A stretch of 64,000 bases of DNA from Gemmatimonadales bacterium (GTDB lineage Bacteria; Gemmatimonadota; Gemmatimonadetes; Gemmatimonadales; GWC2-71-9). This document shows, in pieces, positions 40,366-50,149 of this stretch; the first letter of the stretch is position 1, and the number at the start of each line of letters is the position of its first letter. A model generated the notes under the pieces. It did not search any database, was not told where the DNA came from, and worked only from the letters and a program-made list of their open reading frames with translations. The position numbers were made by a program, and so were the translations under genes. The stretch covers positions 576,001-640,000 of the forward strand of contig JBBCJC010000001.1 in assembly GCA_037189525.1 (NCBI GenBank), read 5' to 3'.

Positions 40366-41583
40366 ATGCGACGCGCCGCGTTCCTGACACTCCTCGTCGC
40401 GCTCGGCGGCTGCCGGTCTCCAGCAGTCGGACCATTCACGTCACAACGTCTCGCGACAGTCGACTCGATTCTCCAGGCGGCCGTCTCGGTCGGCGACATT
40501 CCCGGAGCCGTGGCACTGATCACGACCCGGGACAGCATCCTCTATCTCCGCGCTTTCGGGATGCTGGAGCCGAACGGCCCGACGGCGATGGCGCCGGACG
40601 CCATCTTCCCGATCCAGTCGATGACAAAGCCGATAACTTCACTCGGCATCATGATGCTGGTCCAAGAAGGACAGATCGACCTCGATGCGCCCGCCTCCAG
40701 GTACTTGCCGGAGCTGGCCGGGCGGGAGGTTCTGGTTCGGATCGACTCAACCCGACGACAGGCTGTCACGCGCCCCGCCGCGCGCGAGGTCACCGTCCGT
40801 GACCTGCTCCGCCATACCTCGGGCATTGCCTACCCGTTCTCGAGCTACGAAGCGCTCGCGCTCGCCAGGCAGACGGATCTCGTCGACCGGAGCTTTCCGC
40901 TCCTGCACGACCCCGGGGCGCGCTGGACCTACGGCATGAGCACCGCCCACCTTGGATGGATCATCGAACGGGTGACGGGAATGCCGCTGCGTGATTTCTA
41001 TCAGGCGCGCATCTTCGGCCCACTCGGAATGCGCAACACCTCGTTCAGCCTTCCGAGAGCGCAGGCAGCGCGGCTGGCGGCGGTGTATCGCCGGCAGCAG
41101 AATGCGCTGATCGGCACGCCCCGCCCCGACTCGATCCAATTCGATGGCCGAGGCGACGGCGGCCTGCTTTCGACGGCAGAAGACTATGCCAAGTTCGTTC
41201 AGCTAATTCTCGGTAACGGCCAACGCAGCGGCGTCCGCCTGCTCGACTCGGGATGGGTTCGGGAAATGACTCGGGACCAGCTCGACGGTCTGGCGGTAGT
41301 CGAGCAGCCCGGGGCTAACCCCGCGCTGTCCGCTGCCTTCCCGCTCGGGGCCGGCCAGGATGGATTTTCGCTCGGATTTCAAGTCACCCGCAGCACTGGA
41401 CCGGATGGACGACCCGCGGGCAGTTCGAGTTGGGCCGGTCTGGCCAACACCCACTTCTGGATCGACCAGGAAAACGGCATCGGGGTCATCCTGCTGTTCC
41501 AGGTGTTGCCGTTTTATGACCCGCGCGTCATCGCAACACTGCGTAGCGTCGAGCGGAAGCTGTACGGAGTCCCCGAGCCCTGA
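40366..41583 (+). CDS. Serine hydrolase (beta-lactamase family) lipoprotein
   Basis: LGGC lipobox, SMTK, LLRHTSG, WAGLANTHFWID. Confidence 0.9.
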   Translation: MRRAAFLTLLVALGGCRSPAVGPFTSQRLATVDSILQAAVSVGDIPGAVALITTRDSILYLRAFGMLEPNGPTAMAPDAIFPIQSMTKPITSLGIMMLVQEGQIDLDAPASRYLPELAGREVLVRIDSTRRQAVTRPAAREVTVRDLLRHTSGIAYPFSSYEALALARQTDLVDRSFPLLHDPGARWTYGMSTAHLGWIIERVTGMPLRDFYQARIFGPLGMRNTSFSLPRAQAARLAAVYRRQQNALIGTPRPDSIQFDGRGDGGLLSTAEDYAKFVQLILGNGQRSGVRLLDSGWVREMTRDQLDGLAVVEQPGANPALSAAFPLGAGQDGFSLGFQVTRSTGPDGRPAGSSSWAGLANTHFWIDQENGIGVILLFQVLPFYDPRVIATLRSVERKLYGVPEP

Positions 41584-41610
41584 CACCGGATACGAGGACC
41601 ATAGCCTTCG

Positions 41611-42147
41611 ATGACTGGAATTGTACTTACCGGCCCGCGCCTCGTCCTTCGCCAGACGACCGGCGCGGACCTGCCGAGACTGATCGACATTCTCAGGGAA
41701 CCTGAGGTAGCCCGGCACTGGAGTGAGCCCGATGACGAGGAGGATCGCACCGGACTGTTATCGGGCAACGACCCGGACGGCGCAGAGCAGATCACGACCT
41801 TCACGATCACACGCGAACAGGAAGTGATCGGCTGGATTGGCGGGTGGGAAAAACTCCACCCCGACTATCGGCACGCCGGCGTGGACCTGTTTATCGCCTC
41901 GGCACACCAGGGCAAGGGGTACGGCGGCGAGGCAGTCCGGCTCGTCTGTCGGTATCTGTTCGACCAGCGCGGCCATCATCGGATCACGATCGACCCCGCC
42001 GCCGACAACCTTCGCGCCATCCGGAGCTACCAGAAGGTCGGCTTCAAGCCGGTCGGCGTGATGCGCCGCTATGAGCGCGGCGCGGACGGCACCTATCACG
42101 ACGGCATGCTGCTCGACCTGTTGCCCGAGGACCTGCAACCCTTTTGA
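41611..42147 (+). CDS. GNAT acetyltransferase, aminoglycoside 6'-N-acetyltransferase-like
   Basis: YRHAGVDLF, QGKGYG, HHRITIDPAADN.RAIRSY.KVGF. Confidence 0.8.
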   Translation: MTGIVLTGPRLVLRQTTGADLPRLIDILREPEVARHWSEPDDEEDRTGLLSGNDPDGAEQITTFTITREQEVIGWIGGWEKLHPDYRHAGVDLFIASAHQGKGYGGEAVRLVCRYLFDQRGHHRITIDPAADNLRAIRSYQKVGFKPVGVMRRYERGADGTYHDGMLLDLLPEDLQPF

Positions 42148-43533
42148 TCAGCCTCCCGAGCCGTCGGGACTACTCGGGAGGCGAACCAACGGCGCCGACG
42201 CCCGGTGCTGGAAGAGGGTAAGCCGCGGCGAGAGTCCTTCCACGACATCGGCAAATTCGATCAGGATCCCCGCATCGGCGTACATGAAGAGGTTGGCCCC
42301 GATCCGGACGATGGGAAACGGATCGTTGTCATTGAATCGAGCTTCGAGTCCGCCAGCGCCTCGACGAATGGTGATCGCCAGTTTATAGGCGTCGGCCGAG
42401 TACACCCCGACTACCCGATCGACCGTCCGCTCATCGAGTGCGACCGGCGTGAACGAGGGGAGTGCCGCTCCAGTGCCGTACAGAATGCCCCAGACGGCAA
42501 AGAAAATCCGGTTGATCGGGTAGTTATAGCCGTTGACGGTCAGGGCGAGCGAGAGCGAGTCCTCGGGAACGTAGCCGACCAGCGCCGCATACGCGCCAAT
42601 CGATCCGTCGTGGGAGTAACCCGATTTCCCGGTTCCCGGAATGGTGAACGGACCTACGCCCTTGCCGTTCCGGCGGGTGCCATCGTGGAAGCCATGGGTC
42701 ATTTCGGTGAGCGAGGTTGCGCGCAGCAACCGTCCCCCGAACAATGCGGCAAGGAATCGAGTCAGGTCGTCCGTCGTTGACACCAATGCGCCGGCGCCAC
42801 CGGCGTTCTCAATGGCAAAGTCAGGCTGCCGCTCCCAGTGGCCGTCATTGAAGTAATACGAGCGCGCCTCATTGACCGTCGGGTCAACGGTCCCGCCCAC
42901 ATAGGTACGCGTGAGCCCCGCAGGCTTCGTAATACCCCTGGCTAACGCGGCCTCGAGAGACGAGCCGGTCAAACGCTCGACGATGTTGCCCAATAACAGA
43001 TAATTGGAGTTTGAGTAGCGCCGAGCCGTGCCGGGGGCGAACTGCAGTGGCTCGGCGGAAATCCGGCGCACCAGCGAATCGCCGGACTGGGCGCGCCGGT
43101 CGTCGAGCCCCCTGGTATAGTCGGCAAGACCGCTGGTATGGCCAAGCAGGTCCGAAACCGTGATGGAGTCGGCGCCGGGCAGGCCCGGATAGAATCGGGC
43201 GAGCCTGGTATCGAGCGAGAGACGCCCCTGATCGATCAGCTGATAAATCAGGGTCGCCGTGAACACTTTGGTGACCGACCCGACCCGGTAGACGGTTGCT
43301 CCGTCGGCCGGAACCCACCCCGTCGCGGCACTGTCCCGATAGCCCAGCACCCGCTGATACAGCACCCGGTCGCCCTGGCGAATCGTCACGGAGCCCATCA
43401 ATCGTCGGTTCGATTCGAGGATCTGAAACAGACTATCCAGTCGGATCCGGTACCCCGGGACCTGGGCCCAGGCGGACGCTGGAACGAAAACGAGGGTCAG
43501 TACCACTAATAGAGATATCAGCAATCGATTCAT
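42148..43533 (-). CDS. Secreted serine hydrolase (beta-lactamase / D-Ala-D-Ala peptidase family)
   Basis: Signal peptide, GSVTK, LLGHTSG, YSNSNY, HDG. Confidence 0.9.
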   Translation of the reverse strand: MNRLLISLLVVLTLVFVPASAWAQVPGYRIRLDSLFQILESNRRLMGSVTIRQGDRVLYQRVLGYRDSAATGWVPADGATVYRVGSVTKVFTATLIYQLIDQGRLSLDTRLARFYPGLPGADSITVSDLLGHTSGLADYTRGLDDRRAQSGDSLVRRISAEPLQFAPGTARRYSNSNYLLLGNIVERLTGSSLEAALARGITKPAGLTRTYVGGTVDPTVNEARSYYFNDGHWERQPDFAIENAGGAGALVSTTDDLTRFLAALFGGRLLRATSLTEMTHGFHDGTRRNGKGVGPFTIPGTGKSGYSHDGSIGAYAALVGYVPEDSLSLALTVNGYNYPINRIFFAVWGILYGTGAALPSFTPVALDERTVDRVVGVYSADAYKLAITIRRGAGGLEARFNDNDPFPIVRIGANLFMYADAGILIEFADVVEGLSPRLTLFQHRASAPLVRLPSSPDGSGG

Positions 43534-43566
43534 TGGACCCTCATTTTATCCGTTACCATACATAGC

Positions 43567-43660
43567 GCTACAAATTGTAGCATTAAGATCCGCCCGTGTC
43601 CAGCCACACCCATACCAGGACGGCCTTGACGCATGGCAATCGAATGCTACACCTTGTAAC
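43567..43660. promoter_or_regulatory. Two BlaI-type operator palindromes and the blaI promoter
   Basis: GCTACA-AAT-TGTAGC (43567-43581) and GCTACA-CCT-TGTAAC (43646-43660); TTGACG at 43626. Confidence 0.7.
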
Positions 43661-43662
43661 GC

Positions 43663-44058
43663 ATGTCAAAGGAGATCCCGCTGACCCCCCTTCCCGCGCT
43701 CGGAAAGCTGGAGGCCGAGGTATTGCGCCTGGTCTGGCAGCAGGGGACCATGACGGCGGAGTCGGTGCGTAACGCGTTGGAGCGACCGCTCAAGGAGTCG
43801 ACCGTTCGGACCGTGCTGCGTCGCCTCGAAGAGAAGGGATACCTCCGACACGAAACCGACGGACGCACCTATCTCTATTCCGCCACCGCGCCAGTGGGCG
43901 ACATTGCCGAGCGAGGCGCTCGCGGACTGGCGGACTGGCTCTTCGACGGGTCAATGGGCGACTTGCTGGTCGGCCTGGTCGGATCGTCGAAGCTCAAGCG
44001 CGAAGAACTGGACCACCTGGCGAAGCTGATCGAGCAGGCCCGACGCGAGGGCCCATGA
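43663..44058 (+). CDS. BlaI/MecI/CopY family repressor
   Basis: LE.EVL..VW, STVRTVL.RLEEKGYL, GR.Y.Y, LFDGS. Confidence 0.93.
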   Translation: MSKEIPLTPLPALGKLEAEVLRLVWQQGTMTAESVRNALERPLKESTVRTVLRRLEEKGYLRHETDGRTYLYSATAPVGDIAERGARGLADWLFDGSMGDLLVGLVGSSKLKREELDHLAKLIEQARREGP

Positions 44059-45059
44059 TCGGCGACATCCTGATCGAATCGGCGATTCGAGCCTCCCTCC
44101 TTGGCCTGGGCGTCGCCGGCATACTCCGACTGACCGGAATGCGAAGCGAGCGATACGAGCGCCTCGCCTGGATCGGCGTCCTGACGATCGCGGCCGCGTT
44201 ACCGTTGCTGATTCCCCTGGCTGTTTCCGTCGCGCCCCGCCCCTCCAGCATTTCGCTGCCATCGACGATGATCGCCTGGCTCCAGCCTGAAGCTGCGTCC
44301 GGGTGGGCAGTCAGCCGCGCTGCGATCTACACCCTGTACCTGAGCGTCGCCCTCGGGCTGCTGGCGCGGACCGGCATTGGCGTCCTTCGAATTCGCCGCT
44401 GCTGGAACCTCGCGACGCCACTCCCGGAGCTGACTCGAAACCGCATCGAGGTGCGGGCGAGCACCGTCTTGACGACGCCAGCAGCCACCACCCGCGGCAT
44501 CCTGGTTCCTGCGGACTGGTCGCGCTGGCCAGCGGAGACGCTGACCTGGGTTTTGGCTCACGAGTGGTCGCACGTCGTCCGGAGGGATGCCGCGTGGCAA
44601 CTGACGGCCCGAGTTTATCGCGCCATCTTCTGGTTCAATCCGCTCTCGTGGTGGCTCGAGCGACGAATGGCCCTACTATCGGAACTCTTGAGCGACAACG
44701 ACGCGCTCAGCGCAATCGAGCGGCGCGCGGACTACGCCGAGCTGCTGCTGGCCTTTGCCAGACGACCCGCCTATTCACTGCACACGATGAGCATGGCTCG
44801 TCGCTCCGACCTGGCCCGACGAATTCAACGAATCATCCAGCCCGTCGAGCCCGGGACCCTATCCGCAGCAAGCATCGCCACGGCATGGGCAAGCGCCGCG
44901 ATCGTCGTGGCGTTAGCGATCGGAGGACCGTGGTTTCGGGTACACACCACTGCTCAGCCAGCGTTCGACCGTCTGCCCCCGCTCGAGCCCCTGACGCAAC
45001 GGCTCGCTCCGTTACCCCCGCTCCGACTCGACCCGACACCTTCGTCCGGAACCCGATAG
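44055..45059 (+). CDS. BlaR1/MecR1-type M56 metallopeptidase without penicillin-binding sensor domain
   Basis: TM helices, LAHEWSH..R.D, FWFNPL.W, E..SD, L.RRI; ATGA-coupled to the repressor gene. Confidence 0.88.
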   Translation: MIGDILIESAIRASLLGLGVAGILRLTGMRSERYERLAWIGVLTIAAALPLLIPLAVSVAPRPSSISLPSTMIAWLQPEAASGWAVSRAAIYTLYLSVALGLLARTGIGVLRIRRCWNLATPLPELTRNRIEVRASTVLTTPAATTRGILVPADWSRWPAETLTWVLAHEWSHVVRRDAAWQLTARVYRAIFWFNPLSWWLERRMALLSELLSDNDALSAIERRADYAELLLAFARRPAYSLHTMSMARRSDLARRIQRIIQPVEPGTLSAASIATAWASAAIVVALAIGGPWFRVHTTAQPAFDRLPPLEPLTQRLAPLPPLRLDPTPSSGTR

Positions 45060-45172
45060 TCGAGACCGCCCTGTGCTGAAACTGCGGCAGCTACCGTCTC
45101 CTCCCAACACGACAGTCGTGCCCCGCTCGCTCCGGATCGGTCGGACCAAGACCCGACCTGGCTTTACGATCG

Positions 45173-46384
45173 CTACCGTTCGACGGTCAGCGCCACCGTA
45201 GCCCCGCGCCGCAACGTCAGAACCGTCACCTCGGGCCAGGCGCCGATCCGAAGCGGAATGCCCCAGTAGTTGGTACCAGGGTTGATATAGAGGAGCGACG
45301 CGGCCTCGTGATAGCTCCCCATTGCATAACGCAGAAATGGTGACGCCATACTCCACCTCAGCCGAGGAATCGAGAGTTGGCCGTGGTGGGTATGGCCGCT
45401 CAGGGTGAGCGCGACCCCGCGCCGGACGAGCGCCGGCCAGAGCGCGGGGTTGTGGGCCAGCGCAATGACAAAGGCGCCCGACGGGACCCGCGCCAGCGTC
45501 GCCGCGATGTCCGGGACCGCCTCCGAAGCGCCTCCTGCAGACCAACCGAATGCCGCCGGATCGCCGGTGCCGGCGAGCCAGACCCGGCCGTCACCCCGCT
45601 CGAGCGCGGTCGCATCGTTGACGAGGACCCGGATGCCCGCGGCCTCGAGCCGCTCTCGCACCGTGCGCCACCCGGCGTAGATGTCGTGGTTCCCCGCGAT
45701 CGCAACGACGCCGAGCGGCGCGGTAAGGCCACCGAAGGCGGCGACGAAATCGTCGGTATCGAGGCCGTAGTCGTCGACCTGATCGCCGGTGATCGCGATC
45801 AGGTCCGGTTCCGCGGCGCGTACGGCGGCTGCGATGCGCGCCAGAAAGGCCCGATCCGTCTGGGGCCCGACGTGGAGATCCGAGAGCTGCACGATCCGCG
45901 TCCCCTCAAACCCGGATGGCAGGTCGGGATGCTCGACCAGCAACTCCCGTACGACCAGACGACGCGACCCGAAATACCCCGCGATCGCAGCGATGCCGAA
46001 GGCCGTTGCGGCTATCGTGGCCCCCCATCGGCCACCGGCGCCCGGCGCCGAAAACAGCAGACCCAACACGAGGCCGCCCAACGCACCGACGCCCACCAAC
46101 GGGAGCGCGGCCTGCACATACCAGAACGGGCGCAGCAACCAGAGTCGCTGCCCAGCAGGCGGGTGATAGCGCCCGGCCAAGCCGCGAAGGACCAGGATGA
46201 TCGGGGCGGTCAGGACAGCCGCAACGATCAGAACGGTGAGCAACCCGCCCGGCGTCACCGGAGCGAACAACAGGCCGAGGAGCAGCCACCAGGATCCGAT
46301 CCAAATAGCGAAGCCGCGGGCCAGTTTCGTGACCGAAGGCGACCCCGATGATCTGGCCTTCTGCTCCTCTGCGGACTCGGACAT
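45173..46384 (-). CDS. Membrane-anchored metallophosphoesterase (YkuE-like)
   Basis: SDLH, TGD.VD, GNHD, LAHNP, SGHTH. Confidence 0.92.
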   Translation of the reverse strand: MSESAEEQKARSSGSPSVTKLARGFAIWIGSWWLLLGLLFAPVTPGGLLTVLIVAAVLTAPIILVLRGLAGRYHPPAGQRLWLLRPFWYVQAALPLVGVGALGGLVLGLLFSAPGAGGRWGATIAATAFGIAAIAGYFGSRRLVVRELLVEHPDLPSGFEGTRIVQLSDLHVGPQTDRAFLARIAAAVRAAEPDLIAITGDQVDDYGLDTDDFVAAFGGLTAPLGVVAIAGNHDIYAGWRTVRERLEAAGIRVLVNDATALERGDGRVWLAGTGDPAAFGWSAGGASEAVPDIAATLARVPSGAFVIALAHNPALWPALVRRGVALTLSGHTHHGQLSIPRLRWSMASPFLRYAMGSYHEAASLLYINPGTNYWGIPLRIGAWPEVTVLTLRRGATVALTVER

Positions 46385-46467
46385 CGTCTTGCTCCATGGA
46401 GGTAAAATCAGCCGAAACGGGTACTGGCTGCGGAAACGTGACGCAGGCGTCGAACGTACTGTATTGT

Positions 46468-47571
46468 ATGTCCATGACAACAACTACACGACGGGAATTC
46501 CTGCGGCTCGGGGCTGCCGGTGGCGCCATCGCGGCCGGCCTGGCGCCAGCGTTCCTCCGCGCGCCCCTTTCCTCGGCCCGCCTCAACCTGCTGATCCTGG
46601 GCGGAACCGGATTCATCGGCCCACACCTGGTGCGGCATGCCGTAGCCCGAGGGCACCGCGTCACCATCTTCACCCGCGGGCGCCGCGAAGCGGATCTGCC
46701 CAGCGAGGTGACCCGCCTGGTCGGCGACCGTAACGGCCAACTTGGCGCCCTCGAAGGTAAGACCTGGGACGCCGTCATCGACGACTCGGCCACCGATCCG
46801 GAGTTAGTGCGACAATCGACCGCGCTACTGCGCAACGCGGTGGGTCGCTACCTGTTCACCTCGTCGACCGGGGTGTATTACCCCTACCTGACCCGCGGCC
46901 TCGACGAGTCGACGGCCCCGAGCCTCGAAATGCGCGATCCGAATGACGGCTCGGAGCGCTATGGCGTTCAGAAATCGCAGAGCGAGCGAATCATTCAAGA
47001 TGTCTTCGGCGACCGCGGCGTCGTGTCCCGCCCGACTTACGTGATCGGACCGGGCGACACGACCGACCGCTTCCCCTACTGGCCGGTCCGCCTGGCTCAT
47101 GGCGGCGAGGTCCTGGCTCCCGGCAAACCGGACGATCCGGTCGCATTCATCGATGTGCGCGATCTGGTCGAGTTCATGGTTCGGCTGATCGAGGAGTCGC
47201 GGAGCGGGATCTACAACGTCGTCGGCCCCCGAAACGCAATGATGGCGCCGGAGTTCTACCAGCGCGCCCGCGCAGCGATCAACCCCGACGCCAAGCTGAC
47301 CTTCGTCGACGACTACGACTTCCTGGCCACCCACAAGATCGGGGGCGCCATCCCGTGGGTCATGCTGCGCGGCAACAACTTCGGCCACCAGTCGATCCGG
47401 AACGACCGCGCCGTCGCGGCAGGGTTGCAGTTCCGCCCGATCGAAACGACGATCCGCGATACCCTCGCATGGTGGCCCAGCGTGGCCGAGGAACGGCGCA
47501 ATGCCCCGCGCTTTGCGATCAAACCCGATCAGGAATCAGCCGCGCTCGCCGCCTGGCACGCACGGGGTTGA
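46468..47571 (+). CDS. Tat-exported NAD-dependent epimerase/dehydratase-like protein
   Basis: TRREFL twin-arginine signal, ILGGTGFIG, YG..K, GPGD.TDRF.YW. Confidence 0.88.
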   Translation: MSMTTTTRREFLRLGAAGGAIAAGLAPAFLRAPLSSARLNLLILGGTGFIGPHLVRHAVARGHRVTIFTRGRREADLPSEVTRLVGDRNGQLGALEGKTWDAVIDDSATDPELVRQSTALLRNAVGRYLFTSSTGVYYPYLTRGLDESTAPSLEMRDPNDGSERYGVQKSQSERIIQDVFGDRGVVSRPTYVIGPGDTTDRFPYWPVRLAHGGEVLAPGKPDDPVAFIDVRDLVEFMVRLIEESRSGIYNVVGPRNAMMAPEFYQRARAAINPDAKLTFVDDYDFLATHKIGGAIPWVMLRGNNFGHQSIRNDRAVAAGLQFRPIETTIRDTLAWWPSVAEERRNAPRFAIKPDQESAALAAWHARG

Positions 47572-47578
47572 ACCGACT

Positions 47579-48640
47579 ATGAGGCGGTTCGTACCCACGG
47601 CTGCGGTCGTCCTGCTGCTGGCAGCCCCGCTCGCCGCCCAATCTTCGACGGCCACTGAGCTGGCCTCCGGCGTCGTTCTGGTCACGATGAGCGACCGAGG
47701 GGCCTCCGACGCCAACGTTCTCCTCGTCATCAACGACAGCGACGTGCTGGTCGTCGACACCGGGATCCTGCCTTCTTCTGCGGAGCTCGCGATCGCGGAA
47801 CTTCGCAAACGGACCGACAAGCCGGTGCGATACATCGTCAACACGCATTGGCACAGCGACCATCACTATGGCAACGCCACCTGGCTCCGCGCCTACCCGA
47901 ACGCCGAGATCATTCAGCACGTCAATACGCGACGGGACGTGATCGAGCGGGATATTCCGTCGTTGCAGCGGAACCTGGCCACCGCGTATCCCGAGGTCAT
48001 CGCCGGGGTCCGGAAAGCCCTCGAGTCCGGCGTAACGGCACAAGGTGCGCCTGTCACGGATGCCATGCGAGCCGGGCTCCACAAACAACTCGACCTGTAC
48101 GAGACATTTCAACGTGAGATGGGGGCGAGCCGGATCGTCCCCGCCACCCTGACCCTTACCGACAGCCTGGTTTTACAGCGCGGTAACCGCACCATCGTGA
48201 TCAAGTATCTGGGCGCGGGCAACACGGCCGGCGACCTGGTGATTCACCTGCCCGCCGAGCGGATCGTCGCAACGGGCGACCTGGTGGTCCACCCGATTCC
48301 GTTCGCCTTCTTTTCTCACCTCGATGCCTGGCCGGCTACCCTGCGCAGACTGATGGCGCTCGACGCGACCACCATCGTGCCGGGGCACGGTCCCGTGCTC
48401 CGCGATTGGGCCTATGCGGAGCAGCTGATCGGGTTGATCGAATCCACCTGGCGCCAGGTGGAACGAGCCGTGGCGTCGGGAGCCCAGGATCTCGACGCGG
48501 TCCGCCGGGCCGTGGACCTCTCGACCGAACGCCAAGGCTTTGCCGCGGATTCGGCCGCCATCCAGCGATTCGACGCGGTGTTCACCATACCGGCCGTCGA
48601 GGCGGCTTATCGGACCTTGCAACCGACGCCAGCCAAGTAA
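47579..48640 (+). CDS. Secreted metallo-beta-lactamase-fold hydrolase
   Basis: Signal peptide, VVDTG, NTHWHSDH, TGDL, VPGHG. Confidence 0.9.
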   Translation: MRRFVPTAAVVLLLAAPLAAQSSTATELASGVVLVTMSDRGASDANVLLVINDSDVLVVDTGILPSSAELAIAELRKRTDKPVRYIVNTHWHSDHHYGNATWLRAYPNAEIIQHVNTRRDVIERDIPSLQRNLATAYPEVIAGVRKALESGVTAQGAPVTDAMRAGLHKQLDLYETFQREMGASRIVPATLTLTDSLVLQRGNRTIVIKYLGAGNTAGDLVIHLPAERIVATGDLVVHPIPFAFFSHLDAWPATLRRLMALDATTIVPGHGPVLRDWAYAEQLIGLIESTWRQVERAVASGAQDLDAVRRAVDLSTERQGFAADSAAIQRFDAVFTIPAVEAAYRTLQPTPAK

Positions 48641-48689
48641 CCTCCAACCGGCCCCCTACCAGACTTACCCCGAAAGAGCCGCGGTATAG

Positions 48690-49379
48690 CTCGTCGAACC
48701 CGCCTGGAGGCAGGACGGGCGCTGGATCAGCTATCTGGCGGGCGCGACGTCGTCCATCACCGGCGATGTCTGGCGCCAACCTTCCGACGGCAGCGGTCGA
48801 GCGGAGCGGGTGGTCACGAGCACGCGCCCGCTGTCGGAACAGACCTGGGCCGGCAACGTGCTGTTGGTGCGCACGACTACGCCGACGCCGGGCTCGGGAG
48901 ATGTCCTGAGCTATCGTCCAGGCATCGACAGCGCCTTGTCGCCGCTGATCGCTACGCAGATGACCGAGTATTCCCCGATCGCGTCACATGATGGCAAGTG
49001 GATCGCCTGGGTCTCGAACGAAACCGGCCGCTTCGAAGTCTATGCGGCGTCTTTTGCCAACCCCGCGGCCGGCAAATGGCCCATCTCGACGGCTGGCGGC
49101 AACAATCCACGGTGGTCCTACCGCGGCGATGAGATCTTTTATCTCGACGACCGGTCCAACCTGGTCGCGGTGCGGATCAGCACCTTACCCACCTTTGCGG
49201 TTCAGAGCGCGCGGATCCTCTTCAACGCATCGGAGTTTACCCAGCTGGCGGTATCGCGCCGCAACTACGACGTGGCTGTCGACGACCAGCGGTTTCTGAT
49301 GGTACGGCGAGGGGGCGGAGCCCGAAGCGAGCAACTCAGGACCCGACTCTCCCGGCTGCGAGCACGGCCAACCGTTTGA
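48690..49379 (+). pseudogene. Remnant TolB/PD40 beta-propeller (C-terminal part of a kinase-propeller-type gene)
   Basis: EPAWRQDGRWISY, SHDGKWIAWVSNETGRFEVY, ISTAGG..PRWS..GDEIFY, YDV..D.QRFLM; TAG at 48687 with no proper start. Confidence 0.6.
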
Positions 49380-49818
49380 GCCCTTCCTGCAACGACGCGT
49401 GATTGCCCTCACCGCCGACGGTGAAGTTCACCAGATACCGCCCTTTGCGAACCACCCACATGGCTCCGTCTTTACTGGCGCCCCAAAGCGCCTGGTCGGC
49501 AACCCCGGCAACGGGAGACAGCTGGATCGCGTCATCCATCTCACGTGACGACTTGATCACCAGATCAATGCCCTTCGTGGCGCCTGCCGCGTTCGAGAAC
49601 TCCATCACGGCAACCCAGAGCATGCGTTTGCCAACCTGGCGGCTACAGGTCCACGCCGTGGCGCCCGTGTCTTCATCCTCATCCGGTCCTCGTGGCTTAC
49701 CCGGCGTCGGCTGACTCCCGAGCGCAGAGGCAATCTCGGCGGGGGTGACTACGGCACACGGATCAGGGGCAGCCGAGGTCAACGAACCGGTCAGCAGCGG
49801 CAGCAGGAGTAGCAGCAT
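49336..49818 (-). CDS. Secreted hypothetical protein (DUF3558-like)
   Basis: Signal peptide, DPCAVVT..EI..ALG, second Cys, V.GV.D.A.W. Confidence 0.7.
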   Translation of the reverse strand: MLLLLLPLLTGSLTSAAPDPCAVVTPAEIASALGSQPTPGKPRGPDEDEDTGATAWTCSRQVGKRMLWVAVMEFSNAAGATKGIDLVIKSSREMDDAIQLSPVAGVADQALWGASKDGAMWVVRKGRYLVNFTVGGEGNHASLQEGLKRLAVLAAGRVGS

Positions 49819-50149
49819 CGCGACGCTCCCTGGGCAGAGGGTAGAGTCTTACCATTTCCCCAATCTACCGCACCGTGCAGGAACCGCTACGCGCGGGCGA
49901 TTTCCGACCACTCCGCGACAGGAGCAACCGATCGTCGCGAGTAACGGTCGGGTCAGCTCCGCAACGGACCGAGCCTTGTCCTTGAGGCCAGGTGATACGG
50001 TATCTTCGACCTGACCGAAGACGGACTCGGCACGGCCGGCACTCGCGATCGGCATTGTTTGTCTGTTGACAGGGACCTTGGTGTGGCGCCCAGAACAGAG
50101 CGGACGCTAGTTCAGTGCGGCACTAGCCATCCAATGAAGGCGAGACACC

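Noticed and set aside
41611..42147. GNAT protein as the missing ArgA
   Set aside because: It is 16 kb from the arg operon, has no ARG box and shows AAC(6')/RimJ-like motifs. A synthase elsewhere in the genome cannot be excluded from this window.
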